Of a DNA stretch of 64,000 bases, positions 9,537-19,037 are shown piece after piece (position 1 is the first letter of the stretch; each line of letters opens with the position of its first letter). The translations under genes and the position numbers were made by a program. Source of the DNA: Methanobacteriota archaeon. GTDB taxonomy: Archaea > Thermoplasmatota > Thermoplasmata > RBG-16-68-12 > JAFNFQ01. The notes under the pieces were generated by a model, which was given only the letters and a program-made list of their open reading frames with translations, made no database searches and was not told where the DNA came from. The stretch covers positions 89,373 to 153,372 of the forward strand of contig JAFNFQ010000004.1 of NCBI GenBank assembly GCA_017885655.1, written 5' to 3'.

Positions 9537-10334
9537 ATGAAGCATAGCGAATATATGGAGCTTTATCGAAAGCTCTCCACGCCCGAAGATATCGATTTTC
9601 TGGCGGAGAACTTTGGATACGGCAAAGAACTCCTCCTGGTCATCTACACGCAGCGAGTGACACGAGACGCGACGAAGCGCTACTACCGTGTCAAGGACCA
9701 GGCGAAACGCCTTCTGAGGATGTGGCAGGACGGACAATCATTCGTCCAGATAGCGAGGAGATACGACTTCCCGCCCGTGCTCACCGCCATGATGATAATG
9801 GAGCAGAGGAAGGTCTCGCGGAAACAGTTCTGGAAGCTCGTGTCAGACCCTGGGTTGTCGGGAGACGCCGGTCTCCGGAAGGATTTGCAGCAGGCCCTGA
9901 AGGATGACATCGTTTACTCGCCATCCGGAGTCGAGACGCAATACGCTCGAGGGAGATGGGGCGAAAAGATGCTCACTGACTGGCTCGATGCTCGAGGTCT
10001 CCAGTACAGGACGGAGAAGCAGCTCAAGTCCGAGTACGACAAGACACCTGATGTGCTGCTGCATAAACCGATTGAGTGGAACGGGTCGAAGAACTATTGG
10101 ATAGAGAGCAAGGCAATCGTCGGCGACCCCGTCGAGATAAAGCGCCACATCAGGAAGCAGCTAGGTCCGTATTGGGAGATTTTCGGGGATGGGATAGTGG
10201 TCTACTGGTTCGGCTTTGTGGACGATGTGAAGCTCGAAGTGCCCAAAGGCATTAGCATGGTCGATCAGCGCTTCTTCGAACGGGACGACGTCGTGCCTCT
10301 GCCCCAAACGGTGAAGCGAGTCGGAAGCAGCTGA
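9537..10334 (+). CDS. TPD-domain protein (C15orf41/CDIN1-like; PD-(D/E)xK-like fold)
   Basis: [24 protein letters not shown] motif. The track start 9528 is GTG; ATG at 9537 with TTTTATCA TATA-like box at 9491-9498. Confidence 0.6.
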   Translation: MKHSEYMELYRKLSTPEDIDFLAENFGYGKELLLVIYTQRVTRDATKRYYRVKDQAKRLLRMWQDGQSFVQIARRYDFPPVLTAMMIMEQRKVSRKQFWKLVSDPGLSGDAGLRKDLQQALKDDIVYSPSGVETQYARGRWGEKMLTDWLDARGLQYRTEKQLKSEYDKTPDVLLHKPIEWNGSKNYWIESKAIVGDPVEIKRHIRKQLGPYWEIFGDGIVVYWFGFVDDVKLEVPKGISMVDQRFFERDDVVPLPQTVKRVGSS

Positions 10335-10396
10335 ATTCCATTGCGGTATCCCCGTCCCAAGAAAGCCTTATAGGGTTCAACAACATCGTCGGCTCG

Positions 10397-10702
10397 ATGC
10401 CTGAAAATGAAGCGGGCCGAGTGAGGCTCCCACAGCTGAGAGGCGGAGAGATTTTCGGAATCGCGGACCAGCTCCTCGGCGCATCGCGAATCAAGGTAAT
10501 GTGTGCGGACGGCAAGAGCCGGCTGGGGAGAATCCCTGGCAAGTTGAAGAAACGGATGTGGATAAGGGAGGGGGACTTGCTGGTCGTCAAGCCTTGGGAC
10601 TTCCAGGACGAGAAATGCAACATCATCCACAGATACACCAAGACCGAGGCCAGCTACCTGAGCAGGCGTAGGGCGATACCTAAGACAATCGATATATTCT
10701 AG
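10397..10702 (+). CDS. eif1a: Translation initiation factor aIF-1A
   Basis: OB-fold motif [22 protein letters not shown], typical of archaeal/eukaryotic IF1A. Confidence 0.9.
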   Translation: MPENEAGRVRLPQLRGGEIFGIADQLLGASRIKVMCADGKSRLGRIPGKLKKRMWIREGDLLVVKPWDFQDEKCNIIHRYTKTEASYLSRRRAIPKTIDIF

Positions 10703-10736
10703 TCGCTACTTACGGCTTTTGAGGAAAGCTCCTCCA

Positions 10737-11528
10737 ATGTGCCCTCCGTTATCCCGAAACAGACTCAGACTGGACGAGAAGAAGCTTCTCGTTCTCGAGG
10801 AGCGCATCGACGGATGGCGCGCTCGCGTCAAGGACGACAGCCAGGCAAAGACTTATGGCGAGGTCTTCGACCAGAGGACGCTCATGGTCATCTACAAGCT
10901 CATCAACGAGGGAGCCGTTTCGACCGTTGACTATCCTGTCTCGACGGGGAAGGAGGGCAATGTATTCCATGCGACGGCGAACGGCGAGCCTGTCGCGCTC
11001 AAGATATACCGAGTCAGCAATGCGGCCTTCCGCGCGCTTTCAGACTACATCCTGGGCGATCCTCGCTTCAAGGGACTGAAGGGAAGCAAGAGGAAAATCA
11101 TCTGCGCCTGGGCGACAAAGGAGTACAAGAACCTCGAGAGGATGCACCTCTCGGGGACAAGGGTCCCGAGGCCAATCGCCGTGGAGGAAAATATACTAGT
11201 CATGGGCTATTTAGGTGACGAGACAATGCCCGCCCCGATGCTCAAGAGCGTGAAGCTCAAGGATCCGGAGTCGGTAATGGACGACGTGATAGACAACATG
11301 AAATGCATACAAAAAGCGGGGCTGGTACACGGAGACCTGAGCGAGTACAACATCCTCATCTGGGACGGGAAGACATACATCATCGATGTCGGGCAGGCGG
11401 TCACGCTGGATCATGTCAACGCGAATGAATGGTTCAAGAGGGATGTGGAAAACGTCGCGCGGTACTTCCGCCGCCTCGGTTGCGACATCACGCCGGAAGC
11501 GGTCAATCAGCGAGTCAGGGGTGTGTAA
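10737..11528 (+). CDS. rio1: RIO-type serine/threonine kinase Rio1
   Basis: STGKEGNVF ATP-binding motif, LVHGDLSEYNIL catalytic loop, IDVGQAV metal-binding loop. The track start 10719 is TTG; the first ATG is at 10737. Confidence 0.85.
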   Translation: MCPPLSRNRLRLDEKKLLVLEERIDGWRARVKDDSQAKTYGEVFDQRTLMVIYKLINEGAVSTVDYPVSTGKEGNVFHATANGEPVALKIYRVSNAAFRALSDYILGDPRFKGLKGSKRKIICAWATKEYKNLERMHLSGTRVPRPIAVEENILVMGYLGDETMPAPMLKSVKLKDPESVMDDVIDNMKCIQKAGLVHGDLSEYNILIWDGKTYIIDVGQAVTLDHVNANEWFKRDVENVARYFRRLGCDITPEAVNQRVRGV

Positions 11529-12069
11529 GATGTTCTACGTGAGAATACCTGTCGACAGGGTCGGGGTCCTCATAGGCGAGCAGGGACAGACGAAGGGCCG
11601 CCTCGAGGAGCTGACCGGGGTCAAGATCACTGTCGATTCGAACACCGGCGAGGTCACAATCGATGAAACCGGGGCAAAAGATCCAACGTTCTCGCTGAAA
11701 GTGAGGGACGTGGTCACGGCGATAGGGCGGGGTTTCTCTGAGGAGAAAGCATTCCTGCTCATGGACGATGACATGTACATTCAGGCTTTCGACATCAAGG
11801 AGTTCGCGAGCGACAGCAAAGACAGGGTCGCGCAGATCAAGGGGCGCGTCATCGGGGCGGGAGGCAAGACCCGCCGCCTTCTCGAGGAATTGGCGGGAGT
11901 CGACATCTCCGTCTCCGGGCACACGGTTGCCATAATCGGCGACGCGTTCCATCTGGACATCGGTAGGCAGGCGGTCGAGATGCTGCTTGGCGGGAGCGAG
12001 CACAAGACGGTCTACCGTTTCCTGGAGCGGAAGAGGCAGGAGATCAAGGCATACGAGACGGGCCTGTAG
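11529..12069 (+). CDS. KH-domain RNA-binding protein (archaeal Dim2/Pno1-like)
   Basis: Two KH-like GxxG segments (IGEQGQTKGRLEE and IGAGGKTRRLLEE). ATG at 11529 directly follows the Rio1 stop. The longer track ORF from 11386 overlaps Rio1 and is rejected. Confidence 0.8.
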
Positions 12070-12138
12070 CCAGTATTTCTGGGCAGTCGCAAATTCTTAA
12101 GTAATCGGCTCGTGTCCCAACCGATCGGTGAGCTGATG

Positions 12139-14862
12139 TCAAAGTACGTTTACTTCTTCAACGAAGGCAGTGCAAGAATGCGTGACCTCCTCGGGGGAAA
12201 GGGGGCTAACCTGTGCGAGATGACGCGCCTGGGCATGCCCGTGCCTCAAGGTTTCGTGATAACGACCGAAGTCTGCGTCCATTATACGAAAGAGGGCGCG
12301 TACCCGCCAACGCTCGACGAGCAGGTGAATGCCGCTCTCGCCAATGTCGAGAAGGAGATGGGCCTGAAGTTCGGGGACGAGCACGAGCCCCTGCTGCTCT
12401 CCTGCCGGAGCGGGGCGAGGCGCTCGATGCCCGGGATGATGGAGACCGTGCTCAACGTCGGCCTCTGCTCGAAGACGATCCCAGGTTTGATTGAAAAGAC
12501 GCGCAACGAGCGATTCGTCTATGACGCCTACCGCAGGCTCATCATGATGTATTCAGACGTGGTCATGGAGAAAGCGGAGGGCATCGAGACGAAAGAAGGC
12601 GAAGGCATCCGTGACAAGTTGGAATCGCTGATGGCGGGGATGAAGAAGAAAAAGCACTACACTCAGGATACGGAATTGACCGCCGAGGATCTCAAGGAAC
12701 TCTGCACTCAGTTCAAAAAGAAAGTCAGGGAGGTCATGGGCAGGGATTTCCCCGACGATCCGATGGAGCAGCTCTGGGGGTCGGTCGGTGCTGTCTTCAA
12801 GAGCTGGAACGGCAAGCGCGCCGTCTCATATAGGAGAATCGAACACATCCCCGACGATTGGGGGACCGCAACGAACGTGCAAAGCATGGTTTTCGGCAAC
12901 ATGGGCGAGACATCTGCCACAGGCGTGGCTTTCACACGGAATCCCGCCACGGGAGAGAACAAGTTCTATGGGGAGTGGCTGCCGAACGCCCAAGGCGAGG
13001 ACGTCGTCGCCGGCATCCGCACGCCGAACCCCCTTAACGAGGAAACGAAGAATCCCCAGAACAAGCACCTGCCATCTCTCCAGAGCAAATGGCCCGCGCT
13101 CTACCGCGAGCTCGGCAGTATACGGACCACGCTGGAGAAGCACTTCAGGGACATGCAGGACATCGAATTCACGATTCAGGAGGGCAAGCTCTACATGCTC
13201 CAGTGCCGCAACGGCAAGAGGACGGGCACAGCAGCCGTGAACATGGCCATGGACATGATGGAGGAGGGATTAATCGACGAGAAAACAGCCGTAAAACGGG
13301 TTGAGCCGGGGCACATCGAGGAAGTGCTGCACCCCATAGTGGATCCGGAAAAGGAAAAAGAAGTCAGACCGTTCCTGAAGGGGCTGCCGGCTGGCCCTGG
13401 CGGGGCGTGCGGAAAGATAGTATTCACTTCGGCAGATGCGGTGAAATCGGCCAGCCGGGGCGAAAAGGTCATCTTGGTACGTGAGGAGACCAATCCCGAG
13501 GATGTTGAAGGAATGCGCGCGGCAGAGGGCATCCTGACAGCTCGTGGTGGCATGACCAGCCATGCAGCCCTGGTCGCGCGAGGCTGGGGCAAATGTTGCA
13601 TTGTCGGGGCGGGCGATGCGGAGATCAACTTGGGCGCCAAACGGCTCTCAGCTGAAGGGACAAAGCTCAAGGAAGGCGACCTGATCACCCTCAACGGGAC
13701 CAGGGGTTTGGTGTATAAGGGTGCCTTGGCGCTAGTAAATCCGAGCGCGAATAGGCAGTTCTGGCACCGTTTTGAGGACTTTATGAAATTAGCAGACAAG
13801 TACCGGACGATCGGCGTGCGCACGAACGCAGACACGCAGCACGACGCCAAGGTGGCCCGGGACTTCGGCGCCGAGGGCATCGGGCTATTCCGCACTGAGC
13901 ACATGTTCTACGGCAAGGGCTCGGACGAGCCGCTCTTCCTTCTCAGGAAGATGATCCTCAGCAACACGCCGGAGGAGAGACAAGCGGCCGTCGATGAGCT
14001 CTACCCAATCGTGAAGAGGGACATCAAGGCCACCCTGGAAGCCATGGACGGGCTGCCGGTGACGATCAGGCTGCTGGACCCGCCGCTGCACGAATTCGTC
14101 CCTCAGGGCAAGGAGAACCAGGCGCAGCTGGCAAAGGCGCTCGGCATCAAGCCGTCCGACATCAAGAAGCGAGGCGAGGCACTGCGGGAGTCCAACCCGA
14201 TGATGGGGCACCGGGGCGTCCGCCTCGGCATCACGTATCCTGAGATCACGGAGATGCAGGTGCGCGCAATCCTCGAAGCCTCCGCGGAACTCATCAAGGC
14301 GGGCAAGCGCATGAAGCCTGAGATCATGGTCCCGGTGACCTGCGATGTAGGCGAGCTCGACGCCACGAGGGTGATCGTCGACCGCGTCCATGTCGAGGTC
14401 AGGAAGACGACCGGCGTCGACGTGCCTTTCCTCTACGGCACGATGATCGAGATCCCGAGGGCTTGCCTGTTGGCTGACAAGATGGCAAAGTCCGCGCAGT
14501 TCTTCTCGTTCGGCACCAACGACCTGACGCAGATGACATTCGGATTCAGCCGCGACGACATTGGGACTTTCCTCCCCGACTATCTGAAGCAGGGTCTGCT
14601 GCCCGCCGACCCATTCCAGACCATCGACCAGGCTGGAGTCGGCCAGCTGATCCAGATGTCTGTGGACAGGGGCCGGGCCGCTCGACCGGATCTCAAGATC
14701 GGCATCTGCGGCGAACAGGGCGGCGATCCCGCCAGCGTCGAGTTCTGTTTCAAGGCCGGGCTGAACTACGTCAGTTGCTCGCCTTTCAGAGTCCCCGTGG
14801 CCCGTCTCGCGGCCGCCCAGGCCAATCTGAAACACAAGGAGGCGGAGAACAGAGGAGTCTAG
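12139..14862 (+). CDS. ppdK: Pyruvate, phosphate dikinase
   Basis: N-terminal KYVYFFNEG...GGKGANL, central phospho-His region GGMTSHAALVARGWG, C-terminal PEP-utilising domain. The track start 12112 is GTG; ATG at 12139 has GGTGAG upstream. Confidence 0.9.
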   Translation, partial: SKYVYFFNEGSARMRDLLGGKGANLCEMTRLGMPVPQGFVITTEVCVHYTKEGAYPPTLDEQVNAALANVEKEMGLKFGDEHEPLLLSCRSGARRSMPGMMETVLNVGLCSKTIPGLIEKTRNERFVYDAYRRLIMMYSDVVMEKAEGIETKEGEGIRDKLESLMAGMKKKKHYTQDTELTAEDLKELCTQFKKKVREVMGRDFPDDPMEQLWGSVGAVFKSWNGKRAVSYRRIEHIPDDWGTATNVQSMVFGNMGETSATGVAFTRNPATGENKFYGEWLPNAQGEDVVAGIRTPNPLNEETKNPQNKHLPSLQSKWPALYRELGSIRTTLEKHFRDMQDIEFTIQEGKLYMLQCRNGKRTGTAAVNMAMDMMEEGLIDEKTAVKRVEPGHIEEVLHPIVDPEKEKEVRPFLKGLPAGPGGACGKIVFTSADAVKSASRGEKVILVREETNPEDVEGMRAAEGILTARGGMTSHAALVARGWGKCCIVGAGDAEINLGAKRLSAEGTKLKEGDLITLNGTRGLVYKGALALVNPSANRQFWHRFEDFMKLADKYRTIGVRTNADTQHDAKVARDFGAEGIGLFRTEHMFYGKGSDEPLFLLRKMILSNTPEERQAAVDELYPIVKRDIKATLEAMDGLPVTIRLLDPPLHEFVPQGKENQAQLAKALGIKPSDIKKRGEALRESNPMMGHRGVRLGITYPEITEMQVRAILEASAELIKAGKRMKPEIMVPVTCDVGELDATRVIVDRVHVEVRKTTGVDVPFLYGTMIEIPRACLLADKMAKSAQFFSFGTNDLTQMTFGFSRDDIGTFLPDYLKQGLLPADPFQTIDQAGVGQLIQMSVDRGRAARPDLKIGICGEQGGDPASVEFCFKAGLNYVSCSPFRVPVARLAAAQANLKHKEAENRGV

Positions 14863-14865
14863 GAA

Positions 14866-15642
14866 ATGGGTCTGCTGGACTTCCTCAACACGCCCTATGC
14901 GGTAGTCGTAGTCCTGCTGATTTTCGCCTTCCTGCCGCCAATAGCCTTTCTAATCTGGGTCAGGAACACCGAACGGTACGGTCGGGAGCCCTGGTTCGCC
15001 GTCATCAAGGTTTTCGTCTGGGGTGCCGTGTTTGCGGTGATAATCTCCATATTCCTCAGCCTGGGCCTGACATGGCTCTACAACAGATTCGCGCCCGCAT
15101 ATGTCATCTTGGGGAGCGAGCAGACTCTCGAGTCGCTCGTGGTCGTACTCGTCGTCGCTCCATTCGTGGAGGAGGGCGCGAAGGCGATCGGGGTCTACAC
15201 GGCGGCGTATAATATCAACGAGGTGGAGGACGGGATTGTCTACGGCGCCGCCTCCGGTCTCGGCTTCTCAGCCACCGAGAACCTCTTCTACGGGATTGCG
15301 GCCCTGGTGATGCTCGGTCCGGCGGGCTCGATCACGCTCATCGTGGTGAGGAGCATATCTTCGGCGCTGTTGCACGCGAGCGCGACGTCGACGACCGGCC
15401 TGGGCATCGGGAAGAGTCTCGTCTCCGGCGGGAAGAATCGCGTGGCGCCTTATTACCTCATTGCGGTGGCCATGCACGCTTCCTACAACTTCTTCGCGTC
15501 CTTCGGGGAGCTGTACAAATCGAGTTTCGGGGACAACGGGTATCTGTTCGGATTTGCGGCGGCATGGATTTTCGCGATCATAGCATTTAGCGTCCTGAGG
15601 GGCAAGATTTCCAAGGGCGAAAGGGGCGTCACCCCCAAATGA
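14866..15642 (+). CDS. PrsW-family intramembrane metalloprotease
   Basis: Multi-pass membrane protein with FVEEGAKA (EExxK), FSATENL and HASYNF motifs characteristic of PrsW/CAAX-like proteases. Confidence 0.7.
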   Translation: MGLLDFLNTPYAVVVVLLIFAFLPPIAFLIWVRNTERYGREPWFAVIKVFVWGAVFAVIISIFLSLGLTWLYNRFAPAYVILGSEQTLESLVVVLVVAPFVEEGAKAIGVYTAAYNINEVEDGIVYGAASGLGFSATENLFYGIAALVMLGPAGSITLIVVRSISSALLHASATSTTGLGIGKSLVSGGKNRVAPYYLIAVAMHASYNFFASFGELYKSSFGDNGYLFGFAAAWIFAIIAFSVLRGKISKGERGVTPK

Positions 15643-15714
15643 CCGCGCAGGCGCCAATCTTCAAGCGCTCTCTCGCGGCACATTTAATATCCTCCACCCT
15701 CATCGAATCGGTGA

Positions 15715-16191
15715 ATGAGGTATCGCTTCTTCCTTGATGGCCAAGCCTATTCGAAGAACAAGAACTCGTTCAAGAAGCTGCTGAGGAAACATGAGCTATC
15801 TTTCAAGGGTTCCTTCGGTGACTTTGTTTGGGAGAACGACAGGGAGAAGGTGATTGCGGAGTTCGAACGGGATCCGGAGAAGGACCTGACCATCTCCGCG
15901 ACACTGGTCTGGGAGGGCCGCAAGAAGACTGAATTCATGGAGGAGTTGAAAGCTTGGGTCTGGGAGCTTGGCGGGAAGGGGGACAAGGACGAGGCGCCCG
16001 CTCCCAAAGCATCCGAGGTCGAATCGCGAATCGACGAGGAGCTGGGATTCTGGGACGGCATCAACAAGCCTGACGTGGATCACCTAAGGGTGACGGGAAG
16101 GCCCGAGGAGTGGATAATGAGGGATTTGGAGGATTGGAAGAAGCGCAGGCGCGAGAAGAAGAGGGAGCTCGCGGAGAAGTACCGCGCCTAG
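15715..16191 (+). CDS. Hypothetical protein (158 aa, charged, W-rich)
   Basis: ATG ORF with TATA-like CATTTAATAT about 27 nt upstream, consistent with a leaderless archaeal transcript. No recognised domain. Confidence 0.5.
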   Translation: MRYRFFLDGQAYSKNKNSFKKLLRKHELSFKGSFGDFVWENDREKVIAEFERDPEKDLTISATLVWEGRKKTEFMEELKAWVWELGGKGDKDEAPAPKASEVESRIDEELGFWDGINKPDVDHLRVTGRPEEWIMRDLEDWKKRRREKKRELAEKYRA

Positions 16192-16355
16192 GTGGCGGAC
16201 GGAGCCGGCGCCATTAGGCTCTCGATGCAGTCGAAGCAGAATCCCTGCCGCTTGTCGTTCGGCAGGAGCACGAGCCTCATCCCGCAACGCCGACAGTAGC
16301 TGACTTTCTCGTCGTCAAGCTCATACTTCCGAATATCTGGACGAAGCCGCAACAA
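16188..16355 (-). CDS. Possible small zinc-ribbon protein (about 55 aa, TTG start)
   Basis: In-frame TTG codons at 16353-16355 and 16350-16352, preceded by GGAGGAG, with a TATA box (TATAAAAAAG at 16406-16415) upstream on this strand. Product contains CRRCG...CFDC. The 96-aa track ORF is the same frame extended into the promoter. Confidence 0.25.
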   Translation of the reverse strand: MLRLRPDIRKYELDDEKVSYCRRCGMRLVLLPNDKRQGFCFDCIESLMAPAPSAT

Positions 16356-16499
16356 GAACTCTCCTCCTGCATGCAAGACGGGCAAGCAGGGGAGAGGACC
16401 GAGTCTATAAAAAAGTTCCTGACTAAGGAGACGCGCAGCGAGATACAATGATGTCTCTGAGGCCAAGGTTTTTCTCAAGGGCTGCGCATCCCGCGCGAG

Positions 16500-17117
16500 A
16501 TGAGAGGCAGTTTTGTCACGTTTGAGGGCATCGACGGCTCCGGGAAGACGAGCGTCGCCAGAAAGACCGCCGCGAGATTACGGCGGCGGGGGCTGCCGAT
16601 CGTCCTCACCACTGAGCCCACGAAGACTTGGCTCGGCGATGCAGTCAAGCGGAGCTACAGAGAACCCGTGAGCAATTTCACCGAAGCCTTTCTCTTCATG
16701 GCGGACAGGGCGACTCACACCACGAGAATCGAGGAGTTGCTGAGGAAGGGGACGCTGGTGATCAGCGACAGGTACTGCGACTCCACCTATGCTTACCAGG
16801 CGGCTAGGTTGAAGGGAATGGTGAAGGACCCGATGAATTGGCTGAAACGAATCAGCGAACCGTTCGTCATCGAGCCGGACTTGACGATATTGCTGGATAT
16901 CGAACCCCGGAGTGGATTAAGGAGAATCGCAGCGAGGAAGAAGAAGGTGCACTTCGAGAACGAGCCGTTCCTCAGGCAGGTGAGGCGGAATTATCTCGCC
17001 CTTGCGGGGGAAAGGAGGTTCGTCGTGCTTGATGCGTCTCGCTCTCTCGACGAGGTCGTTGAGGATTCAGTTGACGTGATCAGTTCGCGATTGCGAGTAT
17101 CAAAGGGTCTTCGGTGA
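16500..17117 (+). CDS. tmk: Thymidylate kinase
   Basis: FEGIDGSGKTS P-loop and the DRY motif (DRYCDS). Confidence 0.9.
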   Translation: MRGSFVTFEGIDGSGKTSVARKTAARLRRRGLPIVLTTEPTKTWLGDAVKRSYREPVSNFTEAFLFMADRATHTTRIEELLRKGTLVISDRYCDSTYAYQAARLKGMVKDPMNWLKRISEPFVIEPDLTILLDIEPRSGLRRIAARKKKVHFENEPFLRQVRRNYLALAGERRFVVLDASRSLDEVVEDSVDVISSRLRVSKGLR

Positions 17118-17313
17118 TGCGGACGGTCGGGTTCTCCTCCTGAGCGAGGAAGGCCTTGGCGAAAAGGATGGCCCGTTCTACGTTTCCCCTGCTCAGCTCT
17201 GCCAGGAAAGCTCTACCGAAGACGGTCTTTGAGCTGGGCAGAGAGGGGAAGCTGCTCATCCAGCATCTACTTGGCCGCGTGACACCATATAGCTCGGCCT
17301 GTCAGAATCACCG

Positions 17314-18942
17314 GTGATTATCTCGCGAGATTGTGAGAATCAAGCGGTGGAACGTGTCCGTGACGCGACGAGCGGTTCGGCTCTCATCCATGGAACAAAG
17401 TATTTATCGAGGCGCCAGGATTACTCACAACTCGCGGATGCACTCATGGACGCAGGAGTTCAAAACCACTCAGTGGTATCCAGCGATGTCGCCGAAGGGT
17501 TCATCGGCGTGATTTATGGCGATGTCGGAACGACGAGCTTCAGGTGCAGCGCGATCACGCCGATAGACCGCAACGAGTTCGTCCAGGTCAGGCACTGGCA
17601 GTGCGGAATGGTGCTCGGCAGGGTCGAGGAGCTTCAGAGGAAGACCGACCTGTCGTTGGAGAAGGCCCAGCTGGTCTCCGACGGCGAGGACGTGCAGGTC
17701 GACGAGAAGGTCTCGGCGGCGATCCACGTCATCGGGTACAGGGACGAGCGCGGGCTCCTCCAGGTGCCGAGGACGCCGTTCAGGGCTGGGGAGTCGGTGT
17801 ACAAGGCCGAGGACTCCCTCATAAGGCAGGTCATCGGCCTCCTGGACAGCGAGAGGAAGGGCGCCTACATCGGAGTGCTCATTGGGCACGAGATCCAGAT
17901 ATACCTCGACATCAACGCGATGGTGCAGAAGCACGTGAGCGTGCTTGCGAAGACTGGCGGCGGCAAGAGCTACGTCGTCGGCGTGCTCATGGAGGAATTC
18001 ATGAAGCATGGTGTGACGGTGGTGATAATCGACCCGCACGGGGAGTACTCCTCTCTCCGCGACAAGTCGAAGGCCGAGGCGACAGAGAGGAAGTTCGGCG
18101 TCAAGCCGAGGAGCTACTCTGATCAAGTCCTCGAGTTCTCGCCCGATGTGAAGGTGAATCCCTCGGCCCACCCTCTGAGGTTCACGCTCGGCAACCTCGA
18201 AGCGAGGGACATACTAGGCCTCACGAAGCTGTCAAACCAGAGGAGCCACCTGCTGATGCTCAGGAAGGTGCTGGACGCGCTCAGGATGGCGGGCAAGGCC
18301 TACTCGCTCGCGGAGATAATCGCCCTGCTTGATGTGGAGGACGACACCACGGTAGGCTCTCTGATCGACGAGCTGGAATACCTGCGCGAGGTCGAGATAT
18401 TCGCCAAGGAAGGCACGAAGATCGACGACCTCGTCGTCAAGGGCAAGTGCACCATCATCAACCTGAAGGGCAGCCCGCCGGACATCCAGGAGCTCGTCGT
18501 CAGCAGGATAGCGAGCGCGCTGTTCGAGCTGCGCAAGGTCAACAAGGTCCCTCCGATGCTGCTGGTGCTCGAGGAGTCGCACAACTTCTGCCCCCAGATG
18601 GGCGTGGCTGCGTCGTCCAAGATACTCCGCACGATAGCCTCCGAGGGCAGGAAGTTCGGCCTGGGGCTGCTCATCGTGACACAGCGCGCGGCCAAGGTGG
18701 ATAAGAACGTGCTGAGCCAGTGCAACACGCAGATAATCCTCAAGGTCACCAACCCCAACGACCTGAGGGCGATAACCGCCAGCGTCGAAGGGCTCACGGC
18801 CTCGATGGAGGACGAAGTCCAGAGGCTGCCGATCGGGGTGGCCATAATCACCGGAGGCGGGATTCAGATGCCTCTCATGGTGGAGATCAGGCCGAGGGAG
18901 ACCCGCCACGGCGGCGAGAGCGTCAAGGTCCTGCCCGACTAG
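17314..18942 (+). CDS. HerA/FtsK-superfamily P-loop ATPase (DUF87-like)
   Basis: Walker A AKTGGGKSY, Walker B LLVLEESH, N-terminal HAS-barrel-like region. The GTG start at 17314 is uncertain (alternative ATG near 17446). Confidence 0.75.
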   Translation: MIISRDCENQAVERVRDATSGSALIHGTKYLSRRQDYSQLADALMDAGVQNHSVVSSDVAEGFIGVIYGDVGTTSFRCSAITPIDRNEFVQVRHWQCGMVLGRVEELQRKTDLSLEKAQLVSDGEDVQVDEKVSAAIHVIGYRDERGLLQVPRTPFRAGESVYKAEDSLIRQVIGLLDSERKGAYIGVLIGHEIQIYLDINAMVQKHVSVLAKTGGGKSYVVGVLMEEFMKHGVTVVIIDPHGEYSSLRDKSKAEATERKFGVKPRSYSDQVLEFSPDVKVNPSAHPLRFTLGNLEARDILGLTKLSNQRSHLLMLRKVLDALRMAGKAYSLAEIIALLDVEDDTTVGSLIDELEYLREVEIFAKEGTKIDDLVVKGKCTIINLKGSPPDIQELVVSRIASALFELRKVNKVPPMLLVLEESHNFCPQMGVAASSKILRTIASEGRKFGLGLLIVTQRAAKVDKNVLSQCNTQIILKVTNPNDLRAITASVEGLTASMEDEVQRLPIGVAIITGGGIQMPLMVEIRPRETRHGGESVKVLPD

Positions 18943-19037
18943 CCGTCTTCCCTCGGGCAATCCGTCCTAAACCGATAAATACGCGGTAATGGTTTTAGAC
19001 AGTCAACCTCTGACGCGCACGGGAGGAGTGGGCAGAA

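Noticed and set aside
11386-11528. N-terminal extension of the KH-protein ORF back to 11386
   Set aside because: It would overlap Rio1 by about 140 nt. ATG at 11529 immediately follows the Rio1 stop, and the extension is Ser/Arg-rich junk.
17470-18171. Antisense and alternative-frame ORFs inside the HerA-like ATPase gene
   Set aside because: Low-complexity Arg/Pro-rich products. The sense frame has Walker motifs.
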